From NCBI GenBank assembly GCA_964583985.1, contig CAZOYD010000010.1, positions 1 to 64,000 of the forward strand: 64,000 nucleotides of DNA. The letters are read 5' to 3'. Source of the stretch: an uncultured archaeon (GTDB taxonomy: Archaea > Asgardarchaeota > Lokiarchaeia > Sigyniarchaeales > SOKP01). Shown piece by piece: positions 20,961-29,788 of the stretch. Both the position numbers and the translations under genes were made by a program. The notes beneath the pieces are model-generated. The model searched no databases. It saw only the letters and a list, made by a program, of their open reading frames with translations, and was not told the DNA's origin. Position 1 is the stretch's first letter, and every line of letters starts with the position of its first letter.

Positions 20961-21440
20961 CTAAAATCGCCTAACCTTAGCATAATTCTTCTCAAAATAA
21001 TTAGCAATAAGCAAACAAACCACTCCAGCAATTATTTCTGAAATCAAAAAAGCCATTTGGTTATTTATTAAGGATGAACTGATGAAAAATGTTATGAAAA
21101 AGAATGTGGTGAAGAAAGCAAAAATGATCAATAATGGACGTGCAATAGAATTATTAAGAAAAGCCTTAATTTTTGAAGAATATGAACCAGATTTAATATA
21201 TTGACGTTTTAGTTTTTCTTTTCTTTCCACTTGGGCAAAAGCTTCATAAACCATTATTGATGCGAAATACAATGCCGCAATTGTACCAAGAGGGATGATT
21301 GTGATAATCAAGTAATTTCCTACATAAAATATATATTGACTGATCGCGATGATAAGTACTTGAAATAAACCACAAACACCAAGTAATATTAACGCAGTTG
21401 GCATATACTCTTTAGAGCTCCAACGAATTTTAAGCGGCAT
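20961..21440 (-). CDS. Hypothetical membrane protein (about 4 TM)
   Basis: Start moved to ATG 21440 (MPLKIRW) because the longer ORF begins inside tRNA-Val. Confidence 0.75.
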   Translation of the reverse strand: MPLKIRWSSKEYMPTALILLGVCGLFQVLIIAISQYIFYVGNYLIITIIPLGTIAALYFASIMVYEAFAQVERKEKLKRQYIKSGSYSSKIKAFLNNSIARPLLIIFAFFTTFFFITFFISSSLINNQMAFLISEIIAGVVCLLIANYFEKNYAKVRRF

Positions 21441-21466
21441 TTTAATCTGTTTTTTATATAGCTTTA

Positions 21467-21566
21467 TGGTGGGCCAGGAGAGGATTGAACTCCCGACCTT
21501 CCCCACGTCAAGGGGACGTTATTGTCGTTTTTTTTGAGAAAAAAAATACGACTAAACCACTGGCCC
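21467..21566 (-). tRNA. tRNA-Val(GAC) with a 25-nt D-loop intron (position ~21/22), CCA encoded
   Basis: Acceptor GGGCCAG/CTGGCCC-ACCA, anticodon arm TCCCC-TTGACGT-GGGGA, T arm GGGAG-TTCAATC-CTCTC; removing 21522-21546 gives a 75-nt cloverleaf. Confidence 0.92.
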
Positions 21567-21663
21567 AGCATATTGCAAAGTTGTGATTAAGTTAATTATA
21601 ATGGTAAAAAATAAATATTTTATTAAAATTACTCTCTACTTTAAAAAATTAAAAATAAAAATA

Positions 21664-22896
21664 TTAATATTTCTTTTCTCTTAACGCTTTTATCATCGGA
21701 AGGTCATGACCCGAAAGGATTTCCAACATTGCACCTCCTGCAGTGGAAATAAATGATACGTCGTCAGCTTTTCCTGCCATTGAAGCTGCAGCACCCATTT
21801 CACCACCACCAATCACTGTTAAGGCATGATTTTTCTTAGTAGCCTCAACCATGGCATCAATAATCTTGTTTGTAGATTCTCTAAAGACTTCTTTTTCAAA
21901 GATACCTGGTGGACCATTTGCAATGATAGTTTTGCATTTCATGATTACTTCAATGAACTTTTTTACAGTTTGAGGCCCGATATCACCAGTAGTCATGTTA
22001 TATGTTTCGGCTTCATCCACAGTGATAATTTTTCGAATCCCATTATTATCAATCACTAAATCTTGGGGAAGGATGATTTTATCCTTAAATTTATCATAGG
22101 TTTCTTTAATCATGACATGATTCTCTTCTAAATCTTTGGCAATGATTTTATGATTTGGTTCACCCATTTTTTTGCCAAGTGCTTCAAAAATTAATACAGC
22201 TGTCAATCCCGAACATAAAGCATAATCCAATTTATCATTTTCAAAATTAAATTCCATTGCTTTGAATTTATCAATTGCTTTTGCTCCTCCAATGAGCATC
22301 GCCATTGGTCTTTCTGGTTCGTCTATGATTTTTTTTAACACGCCTAATTCTTTATCAGTTATGGGTCCAGCAAGCATTTTTGGCCAACCTACAATGGATG
22401 CATGAGCACGATGAGCAGCACCAAATGCATCCACAATAACGTAATCTACTAAAGGGTATAACTTTTGTACTAATTCAGTCGCTTCAGCATCGGAGAAATT
22501 CTTATAATTTTTCATTTCGCCTTCAAATTTTCTTACATTATCAAGAACTAATACTTCACCCGGTTTTAACTCTTTAATTGCCTTGATTGCGACCTCACCA
22601 AAAATATCCTTGACAAATTTTACGGGGCGCCCTATTTCTTTTTCAATTTCTTTCGCATGCAAGCTCAAATCAGTAAAATCGGGATCTCCCGGTCTCGATT
22701 GATGTGCCAAGATAATAACAGCACATTCCTTAAAGTGTTCATTTAATGCTAATGCTAACTCTCGAATTCTGGGTGAATCTCTAATCACCATCTTGTCAGT
22801 ATCAATATTTGAGTTGATATCTACTCTGAGAAGAACCTTTTTACCTTTTAAATTTACATCCTTATACGATGTATAGTCGATTTTCATTACAACCAC
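21664..22896 (-). CDS. pgk: Phosphoglycerate kinase
   Basis: LRVDINS, AHQSRP, DAFGAAHRAHAS, GGAK..DK, NGPPGIFE, STAGGA; start may be ATG 22887. Confidence 0.95.
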   Translation of the reverse strand: MVVMKIDYTSYKDVNLKGKKVLLRVDINSNIDTDKMVIRDSPRIRELALALNEHFKECAVIILAHQSRPGDPDFTDLSLHAKEIEKEIGRPVKFVKDIFGEVAIKAIKELKPGEVLVLDNVRKFEGEMKNYKNFSDAEATELVQKLYPLVDYVIVDAFGAAHRAHASIVGWPKMLAGPITDKELGVLKKIIDEPERPMAMLIGGAKAIDKFKAMEFNFENDKLDYALCSGLTAVLIFEALGKKMGEPNHKIIAKDLEENHVMIKETYDKFKDKIILPQDLVIDNNGIRKIITVDEAETYNMTTGDIGPQTVKKFIEVIMKCKTIIANGPPGIFEKEVFRESTNKIIDAMVEATKKNHALTVIGGGEMGAAASMAGKADDVSFISTAGGAMLEILSGHDLPMIKALREKKY

Positions 22897-23093
22897 TTCA
22901 TGTTTTTTAGATTAAGATAGTAAACTTATAATCTTGCATTGCAATTAAATTTTGATTAGTAAGTAAGCAATCTTATTCCATTTTTTCCCCCATAAATTTA
23001 AAGATCTTTTTGGGATTGTATCAAAGCTACAGAAAAGTTTAAAGATTTTTAACAGCTTTTCAATTTGTATCATATATATGAAAGGTGATATGA

Positions 23094-23873
23094 TTGGAAA
23101 ATATCAGAGAGATACTTAATCGATTATTAGAAAAAAAATGTTCAATAGAAGATGCGGAAAAGCTTTTAAAAGCCAATTTGATTGAAGAAGTGGGAGATCT
23201 TGCCAAGTTAGACGTGTTTCGTAAAATGCGTACTGGAATTGTAGAAGTAATATATGCAGAAAATAAGAGTGCTGATATGATTTTGAAAATAATTACATCT
23301 TTTTTAGAATCGAGTAAGTATGCAATTGTTTCGAGGTTCACTGAAATCCAACAAAAAGCCATTATTAATAAATTTGGATCCAATTCCGAAATTTCAATAG
23401 AATATAATGAGTTAGCCAAGATTATGATCATTAAACTTAAAAATTTCGAGTTTGAAAGGAGAAATGGTATTGTTGGTATCATAACTGCTGGTAGTTCTGA
23501 TATTCCGATTGCTGAAGAAGCTAAAGTGATTGCGGAATCAATGGGATGTAAAGTTATTAGTAGTTATGATTTAGGTATTGCTGGGATCCATCGCATTTTT
23601 AAACCTTTAAGTGAAATGATAAAATCAGGAGTGCACGTAATAATTGTATGCGCTGGAATGGAAGGAACCCTTCCGGGAGTAGTAGCCGCTTTAGTAGATA
23701 TTCCAGTAATTGGTGTTCCAGTTTCAAGTGGTTATGGATTAGGAGAAAAAGGTATAGGGGCTTTAACAACAATGCTGCAATCTTGTTCTCCCGGATTAGT
23801 AGTGGTAAACATTGATAATGGATTTGGCGCCGGAGCTTCAGCAGCTTTGATTGCTAATCAAACTACAGGATAA
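23094..23873 (+). CDS. larB: Nickel-pincer cofactor biosynthesis protein LarB
   Basis: AKLD..R..RTG..EVIYAE.K, AGSSDIPIAEEA, D.GIAGIHR, AGMEG.LP, PVIGVP.S.GYG, VNIDNGFGA; GGTGAT upstream of TTG. Confidence 0.93.
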   Translation: MENIREILNRLLEKKCSIEDAEKLLKANLIEEVGDLAKLDVFRKMRTGIVEVIYAENKSADMILKIITSFLESSKYAIVSRFTEIQQKAIINKFGSNSEISIEYNELAKIMIIKLKNFEFERRNGIVGIITAGSSDIPIAEEAKVIAESMGCKVISSYDLGIAGIHRIFKPLSEMIKSGVHVIIVCAGMEGTLPGVVAALVDIPVIGVPVSSGYGLGEKGIGALTTMLQSCSPGLVVVNIDNGFGAGASAALIANQTTG

Positions 23874-24015
23874 TTTCTTCTATTTGAGAGTTTTTTCTTC
23901 AGATGATTATGGTGGATTAATTTCTGATGAAAAAAATATATAAATATCAAAAATTAAGATTTTGCATGATTAAATTAATAATATAAAAAATTAAAAATCA
24001 AAATAGTGCATTAAA

Positions 24016-24684
24016 ATGACACCTACACCTGCTTCTCTTGAAGCACTGTCGAATTTAAGACAGTTAAATCAAGATACTGGATGGTATATTGTTACCTTAT
24101 TGGTAATTGTGATGTATATATACGGCGTTGAAATAAAAAAAGCACGGGAAACAAATAATTGGAGTACCGTCCTTGCTGGCTTAACTCTTTTAGGCTTGGA
24201 TTTTTTTAATGAGACTTGGAATGCCTTGGTGTTCGCATTCTCAGGATACTCTGCTTTCTGGACAACTCCTAGCGCAAGTGGTCTCAAAGTCTTGATTGGA
24301 TGGAATATCGAGATCATATTTATGTTTGCGATATCTGGCATCGTATTCGCAAAATTTCTACCTGATGATAAAAATAAGAAGATGTTTGGATTACCAAACA
24401 GATGGGCAATGGCAATTGGTTTCGCAATTTTTGGAGTTTTTGTTGAATGCCTATTAAATATAGGAAATTATTTAATTTGGGCATATCCTTGGTGGAATCT
24501 TAGTTTAGGAGGTATTTGGTTAATCTTCTTTATCGGATATCTTCCTTTTTTTGTGGGAACGTTTTATGTATATGACTTGCCAGAAACAAAGGATAAAATA
24601 AAAGTAGTTGTAGTAATATATGGTATCAGCATCATCCTACTGTGCATTTTTGGTCCCTTGTTTGGTCCATTAGGGCTACTTTAA
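24016..24684 (+). CDS. Hypothetical multi-pass membrane protein
   Basis: About 6 TM segments with polar DFFNETWN and GWNIEI motifs. Confidence 0.75.
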   Translation: MTPTPASLEALSNLRQLNQDTGWYIVTLLVIVMYIYGVEIKKARETNNWSTVLAGLTLLGLDFFNETWNALVFAFSGYSAFWTTPSASGLKVLIGWNIEIIFMFAISGIVFAKFLPDDKNKKMFGLPNRWAMAIGFAIFGVFVECLLNIGNYLIWAYPWWNLSLGGIWLIFFIGYLPFFVGTFYVYDLPETKDKIKVVVVIYGISIILLCIFGPLFGPLGLL

Positions 24685-24949
24685 AAAATCCTCTTTCTTT
24701 TTTTTTCATATTTTTACTAATCGTTGGCTTTTACTTAAACAACTATTTAATTAATTCAAGACCCTAAAAACTGTTCTTAATTTTATAATTTTAGTAGCAG
24801 TAAGAGAGATATTTACTAACTATTTATCCCTTTTTTGATACCAAACACATTATCTAAACGATCTAAAACCTTATATAGGTAGATTTCTATAGTTTATATT
24901 GAACCTTATTCTAAAATCTAATACAAATAAAAATTCTCGTTTGAGACTT

Positions 24950-25480
24950 ATGGTCGCTGAAATCGACTATTTTCAAAAATCGAAAGTATTATTTAAACAA
25001 GGAGATATTTCTGCAACATTAGAAAGCTATGAAAAAGTTATAGAGCACTTACATGATATAAAGGAGCAGAAAAAAGAAATAATAGAGTTCCTTACAAAGA
25101 TCTTGAAGTACTGCCAAGAAAATAATTTAGCACTAGAAGAAGCTACTGTATTGCGAGCACTCGGAAGAACTCATTCTAAATTTAAAAACCACATCGAAGG
25201 TTTAAAATTTTCATACCAAGCGTTAAAGATTCAGAAAAAACTTGGGAAAAAACAAGATGTGGCTGAAAGTTTGGAATTTCTGGCTGAAGACTTGGAAATT
25301 TCTGGAAATTATGAAGAGTGTATAAAAATTTTTAATGAAGCAAGAGAGATCTATAAAGAGTTGGGAAAGTTAAGAAAGGTGAAAGATATCGAGAAAGAGA
25401 TTTCTCGTTTAAAATCGTTTTCGGAAAATATTGTTGAAGACGAATATTTAATGAGCAAATTTCACGTAGATAAATACTAA
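24950..25480 (+). CDS. Tetratricopeptide-repeat protein
   Basis: A.VL..LG......A/G..F...AL.I.KKLG repeats; ATG 24950 preferred over TTG 24899. Confidence 0.8.
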   Translation: MVAEIDYFQKSKVLFKQGDISATLESYEKVIEHLHDIKEQKKEIIEFLTKILKYCQENNLALEEATVLRALGRTHSKFKNHIEGLKFSYQALKIQKKLGKKQDVAESLEFLAEDLEISGNYEECIKIFNEAREIYKELGKLRKVKDIEKEISRLKSFSENIVEDEYLMSKFHVDKY

Positions 25481-25522
25481 AATCGAATTCAAAATCATTA
25501 CTTTCCTTTTTTTTTACATTTC

Positions 25523-26788
25523 TTAATTTAATTTTTGATATAACATTTTCAGTTTTTCTTGAGCAAACATTTGAACTTTCTTCATTGATAATCCGGTTGC
25601 TTTGCAAATATTGTTAAGATCCTCGTATTCTGGTTTGATATTAACCAATTTTTTTTGATCTAATGTCTGTATGTATGAAATTTTGTACTTTATTGGATAC
25701 TTTTTTCCATCAATTTCTATTTCTATGGTTTCATAAATTCTTTCAACACATACTCTATTAAAAGTAGTAAACCTGACTCCTAATGTGCCCAATTCATCTA
25801 ATAAAATATATATTATTTCAAATTTGTATTCAAGAGAGCACAAAACTTTAATTATATTACTCGGCCTTCTTTTTTTTGTCCAAGCTGGTATTATCTGAAC
25901 ATCTAACACGTTCTCAGATTCTAATCGTTTTATGAGATGACCAATTATTTCCCCAGATACGTCATCAACATCAGTTTCAATAATAGCTATTTTTTCCATG
26001 TATTTCTCGAGATTAGTAGCTATTTTAGAACTCTCTCCATAAAAAATTCGCAATATATTTGGAAAATTAGCAAAATCCATTTGTCCCGTACTGCAAGAAA
26101 TTTTCTCCATACTCATTTGAGGTTTTTCGCAAATAAACGCAAGGTTTTTTAACAATGCTGCTCCAGTAGGGGTTGTTAATTCACTATCTATTGGTCCAAA
26201 GCGCACGCACATCCCAGAATTTTCAATTATTTTAGAAGTAGCCGGTGCTGGAACAGGTAAGATACCATGGGCCGTGTTAATTGTCCCTCCTCCTAAAGGG
26301 AGATCACTAATTGAGACGTTTACTCCTTTTTTAAATACACCTAATTTTTCTAATACTCTTGACACACCTAAAATATCTAATAATGTATCAATGGAACTTA
26401 ATTCGTGCAAATGGATTTCTTCAGCTAATTTTCCATGAACCTCCGCTTCAGCTTTGATTAAAGAGTTTAACACATTGTTAGCATACTCTTTTGCATTGGT
26501 TGAATACTTTTTTTCCTCCATAAATCTATTTAATGCTTCTCGTAATGCTTTTGTTGAACGATGGTCTTTTTTTTCTTTAATTGTCACATCAAGTTGGTTG
26601 GTTTCAATGCCGGAACGTCTAACTTTCACTAATTTTACTTCAAAATTGATCATTCCGGAGATAAATCTTGAAATTTCATTGAGTTCAATTATAATCTCAT
26701 CAGGGTCTTCCACTAATCCTAATAAACCAGCAAGTAGCATATCTCCAGATACTCCTGAACTTGTTGGGTCAATAAATAAGGTTTTCAT
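25523..26788 (-). CDS. larC: Nickel-pincer cofactor nickel insertase LarC
   Basis: SGVSGDMLL, AEAEVHG...IHLHE....D...DI, HG.LPVPAPAT, ELTTPTGAA, ETDVDD, KKRRP, TLGVR, KPEYED. Confidence 0.93.
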   Translation of the reverse strand: MKTLFIDPTSSGVSGDMLLAGLLGLVEDPDEIIIELNEISRFISGMINFEVKLVKVRRSGIETNQLDVTIKEKKDHRSTKALREALNRFMEEKKYSTNAKEYANNVLNSLIKAEAEVHGKLAEEIHLHELSSIDTLLDILGVSRVLEKLGVFKKGVNVSISDLPLGGGTINTAHGILPVPAPATSKIIENSGMCVRFGPIDSELTTPTGAALLKNLAFICEKPQMSMEKISCSTGQMDFANFPNILRIFYGESSKIATNLEKYMEKIAIIETDVDDVSGEIIGHLIKRLESENVLDVQIIPAWTKKRRPSNIIKVLCSLEYKFEIIYILLDELGTLGVRFTTFNRVCVERIYETIEIEIDGKKYPIKYKISYIQTLDQKKLVNIKPEYEDLNNICKATGLSMKKVQMFAQEKLKMLYQKLN

Positions 26789-26870
26789 TTAATAATATCT
26801 TCTCCTTTATGCAAATTTCATAAAAACTTCAAATTTAATTTAAATTCTCCAGAAATACTAAAAAAATTAA

Positions 26871-26946
26871 ATTGAAATAATTTTGTAATTATATAATTAT
26901 TGAAATAATTATTATTGAAATAATAATAGTATAATAATTGAAAGTA
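26871..26946. repeat. Tandem palindromic ATTATT-GA-AATAAT units with flanking ATTGAAA copies, candidate operator array
   Basis: Palindromes at 26896-26909 and 26911-26924; related copies at 26871 and 26937; lies between divergent larC and the nikR-containing unit. Confidence 0.4.
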
Positions 26947-26994
26947 TTAAGATTTAACAAATTAAATTGAACTATTAAAAATTAAGGCTTACAC

Positions 26995-27732
26995 ATGAGT
27001 GAACTTCAAACTATAAAATGTTACTTAAATCAGTTGCCTGCTACGTTTTTAAAATTATTAGGAATCGACCCTCCATTAAATACAATTGCTCCACCCGTTC
27101 AAGATATTATAAATCTATATGAAAGAGTTGATCGCATTAGCATTAATCTCATTGATAATTTTGGATTATTTGAATTAACATATCATAAGCCACAATTCCT
27201 CATTTCTAATTCGGAAGTAATGCTTTTATTATCAACAAGGAATCCTTACACATTAGGAGTTTTGCATCAAATCATGTATGGTGGGTTTGACGTGGAACCT
27301 AATGGGTTCCATTTACTAAAATATCTGAATGAGAATAATAAAAAATCGTGTCTTATCGGAAGACAGAAAGATATTGAAAGATATGATGGAGGAACTTATT
27401 CAATTCCTAAAGATAGTGATATGGCAACTTGGGTTGAATCTGCAAAGACCATTAACAATTTTGAACTCTCTTGGATGCATTATCTTGATTTCGAAAACCT
27501 TCATAAGCAACAACGATCTCTAAAACAAAGAACACCAGAAGATTTAATAGAAAAGTTAATCTTACGTACGGATAAGTGGATATTAAGTAACTATAAACAA
27601 TTAAGATCTAATTCACTAATGATTATTTTAGGAGATCATGGGCGAGTTAAATTGGATTTAGAATATTCTGGTAAAATTGCGCAATGGCGAGAAGCATCCG
27701 TTCCAATTGCAATTGTAATTAGAAAAAAATGA
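26995..27732 (+). CDS. Small, divergent alkaline-phosphatase-superfamily protein
   Basis: LPAT...LLG, INLIDNFG, HYLDFE.LH, D.WI, IILGDHG, VPI pattern. Confidence 0.6.
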   Translation: MSELQTIKCYLNQLPATFLKLLGIDPPLNTIAPPVQDIINLYERVDRISINLIDNFGLFELTYHKPQFLISNSEVMLLLSTRNPYTLGVLHQIMYGGFDVEPNGFHLLKYLNENNKKSCLIGRQKDIERYDGGTYSIPKDSDMATWVESAKTINNFELSWMHYLDFENLHKQQRSLKQRTPEDLIEKLILRTDKWILSNYKQLRSNSLMIILGDHGRVKLDLEYSGKIAQWREASVPIAIVIRKK

Positions 27733-27810
27733 TTTTTCATTTTGGAAAATTGATTATTATTTTGATAAACTTTATTTCTATAATATTATTCAACCAATGG
27801 AAGAATAAAG

Positions 27811-28332
27811 ATGGAAGAATATAAGCGCTTTACTGTATCCCTCCCTAAAGATCTATACGATAAATTTGAGAGATTTAGGGAAAAATTGGGAATATCTCGT
27901 TCGGATGGTATCAGGAAAGCCATGCAGAGTTTAATGATTAGTGAGGAGAATATTCTTGAGACTTCGGGAAATGTAGTTGGTTGCATCACGATCATCATGG
28001 TTCATGAACATTTTCAACCAAGTTCAGAAGAACATCATCATCTTGAGAGAGATATTCATGAACATGAACAAGATCATGATCATCAGTATAGTTCTCAACC
28101 AGTTTATGCAAGTGTTCATCAAACTGATGAGATTTTAAAAAATGACATTCAACATCATTTCAATGACATCATAATTTCTACAATGCACATTCATTTAGAA
28201 TTCGAAAAATGCTTAGAAATTATTGCCGTATCTGGACCCTATGATCGAGTAATTAAATTAAAAGAAGATTTGCAACGATTAAGAAGTGTATTATCTTTAG
28301 GTTTCTTTATAATTGATAAAGAGAGTCCATAA
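27811..28332 (+). CDS. nikR: NikR-family nickel-responsive regulator with His-rich insertion
   Basis: Ribbon-helix-helix KRFTVSLP...SRSDGIR; Ni ligands QHH...TMHIHL....CLE. Confidence 0.88.
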   Translation: MEEYKRFTVSLPKDLYDKFERFREKLGISRSDGIRKAMQSLMISEENILETSGNVVGCITIIMVHEHFQPSSEEHHHLERDIHEHEQDHDHQYSSQPVYASVHQTDEILKNDIQHHFNDIIISTMHIHLEFEKCLEIIAVSGPYDRVIKLKEDLQRLRSVLSLGFFIIDKESP

Positions 28333-28553
28333 AAGAAGAAGAAAGAATAAAAAATTCAGTTTCAAGATGTAAAAAATAAGGATAAGGCGATTTGTCGTGA
28401 ATTTTTTATTCCATTAGGTCGTTAAATGTTTTGTGTGTGTAATTAGATATTGTATTTTTAGCATAATAAATTACAACACGGTAAGAAATTTTTGGTTTTA
28501 CATCTGATATAAAATAAGCGAATATTAATTATTAAAATGGATGTGTTATTATC

Positions 28554-28933
28554 ATGAAAGATAAAAAAATTATCGCATATAAAAGCGAATGTTCCAAGAA
28601 AATCGCCTATAATCTCAGAAAGTTACTAACTAAGGTGGTTATGCAAGAATGGAGTCGTCTAAGCGATGAACAAGAGGGTAAATCTACACTATAACATATT
28701 AGAATCGGAAATATACGTAGCGATTTGTACAGGGCTTTACACGCGTCGATTTGTATCTGTCCAGGCTGTCATCAAATCGAAAGAAACATGATGTACAATG
28801 CTTATCTGTAAGGATGGTACTGCACCTCCTGCGCTCAAGAATACCGCGAGTTCTACCACAAAAAAAAGGCAATTCTCGATAAAGGCGGGTTTTCGGCGAT
28901 TTTGACGCAAAATTCCATGAATCTTTTTTATGA
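28554..28933 (+). pseudogene. Decayed gene for a small CxCPxC...WxCxxC zinc-finger protein
   Basis: One frame from ATG 28554 with in-frame TAA at 28692 and 28809 (..RALHASICICPGCHQIERNMMYNAYL*GWYCTSCAQEY..) and a probable frameshift near 28890. Confidence 0.7.
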
Positions 28934-29186
28934 CGTACATCCTCTGTTGAACTTCATTTCTTTCTTTTTTGCCTTAGAATCTTTTTAAAGGACCTCTTAA
29001 TTCAAGATCATCCCCAATTATCTCGATCCTTGTCTACATCTTGTTTAAAATTAAATGAAAAAAAAATTTTTTTTCCGACCTCTTCATTATTTCGTCTTTG
29101 CTTTTTTTCTTCCCTTTAGATGCGAGAAAAAACGCACACAATTGAATCCCGAAGATCTCGGCATCCAAATATTAATTTGCGATGTG

Positions 29187-29208
29187 AAAAATAACGAAAA
29201 AATTTCGT
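29187..29208 (-). terminator. Hairpin plus U-tract directly after the histone stop codon
   Basis: Minus strand: TAG-ACGAAA-TTT-TTTCGT-TATTTTT. Confidence 0.45.
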
Positions 29209-29406
29209 CTAAAGGTCTTTTTCTTGAACGGTCTTCCTGCCATTCGCTTTAGCCCGAGCAATTGCTTTATCTAGAATCTCAATGATGGCATCATTTAAAC
29301 AGTTTCCATCAATTAGGTCTCCAGATGTGTTACAATCTTTTGCTTTTATATATTCTCGGATTTTGCTTTTCACGAACAAGGCATCAACCTGAGCTTTTTT
29401 AGCCAT
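29209..29406 (-). CDS. Short histone-fold protein (alpha3-truncated, face-to-face type)
   Basis: LFVKSKIREYIK...NTSGD...LN..I.E.LDKA..RAKANGRKTVQEKDL with terminal RxTxxxxD; AAGGAGG upstream. Confidence 0.85.
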   Translation of the reverse strand: MAKKAQVDALFVKSKIREYIKAKDCNTSGDLIDGNCLNDAIIEILDKAIARAKANGRKTVQEKDL

Positions 29407-29788
29407 TTTTTATTCCTCCTTATAGTTTGTTTAAACTAGTTTTAAAAATAAATTGTGTTTAAATTATATTTCTCCTTGCTTATATTTAAAGTTAGTTGAA
29501 AGATCATCATAGACTGTTAATATTCTCCCCATAATCCCGTTTTTTGATCCATGTTTCAAAAATCAAGAGGATTGAGCTTTTTACACCTTGATTAAAAATA
29601 ATGGAGATTTTAAAGTGTAAAAAGGATAGCGAGTGCATTATATTACCTACATTAAGTAATTTTAGTCTTTATAATGAGAAATCCCTTTTAAGACGAGAAT
29701 TTATTATTTTAATTTTGATGTTAAAATCTGTGATAAAAACATAAAATTTTTTTAATTCTCAATAATGGAGATAAATTAGGAGGAAAAA

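Noticed and set aside
6559-21466. Genomic island between the two tRNA genes
   Set aside because: No integrase or transposase, no duplicated tRNA 3' end seen, and no obvious compositional shift.
21441-21506. N-terminal extension of the ORF-track call 20961..21506
   Set aside because: The GTG start lies inside tRNA-Val; ATG 21440 is the plausible start.
26871-26946. ATTGAAA(T) repeats resembling CRISPR repeat 3' ends
   Set aside because: Units are only 7-15 nt, spacing is irregular and short, there are no unique spacers and no cas genes.
28668-28904. Possible selenoprotein frame with an in-frame TGA (..KET*CTMLIC..)
   Set aside because: It is an alternative frame of the zinc-finger pseudogene, resembles no selenoprotein family, and no convincing SECIS was seen.
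28554-28933. Stop-codon reassignment (TAA read-through) suggested by two in-frame TAA codons
   Set aside because: TAA terminates many intact genes in the window and this locus also has a frameshift, so pseudogenisation is simpler.
29055-29252. 65-aa plus-strand ORF overlapping the histone gene
   Set aside because: Low-complexity translation of A/T tracts, antisense to a well-supported gene.
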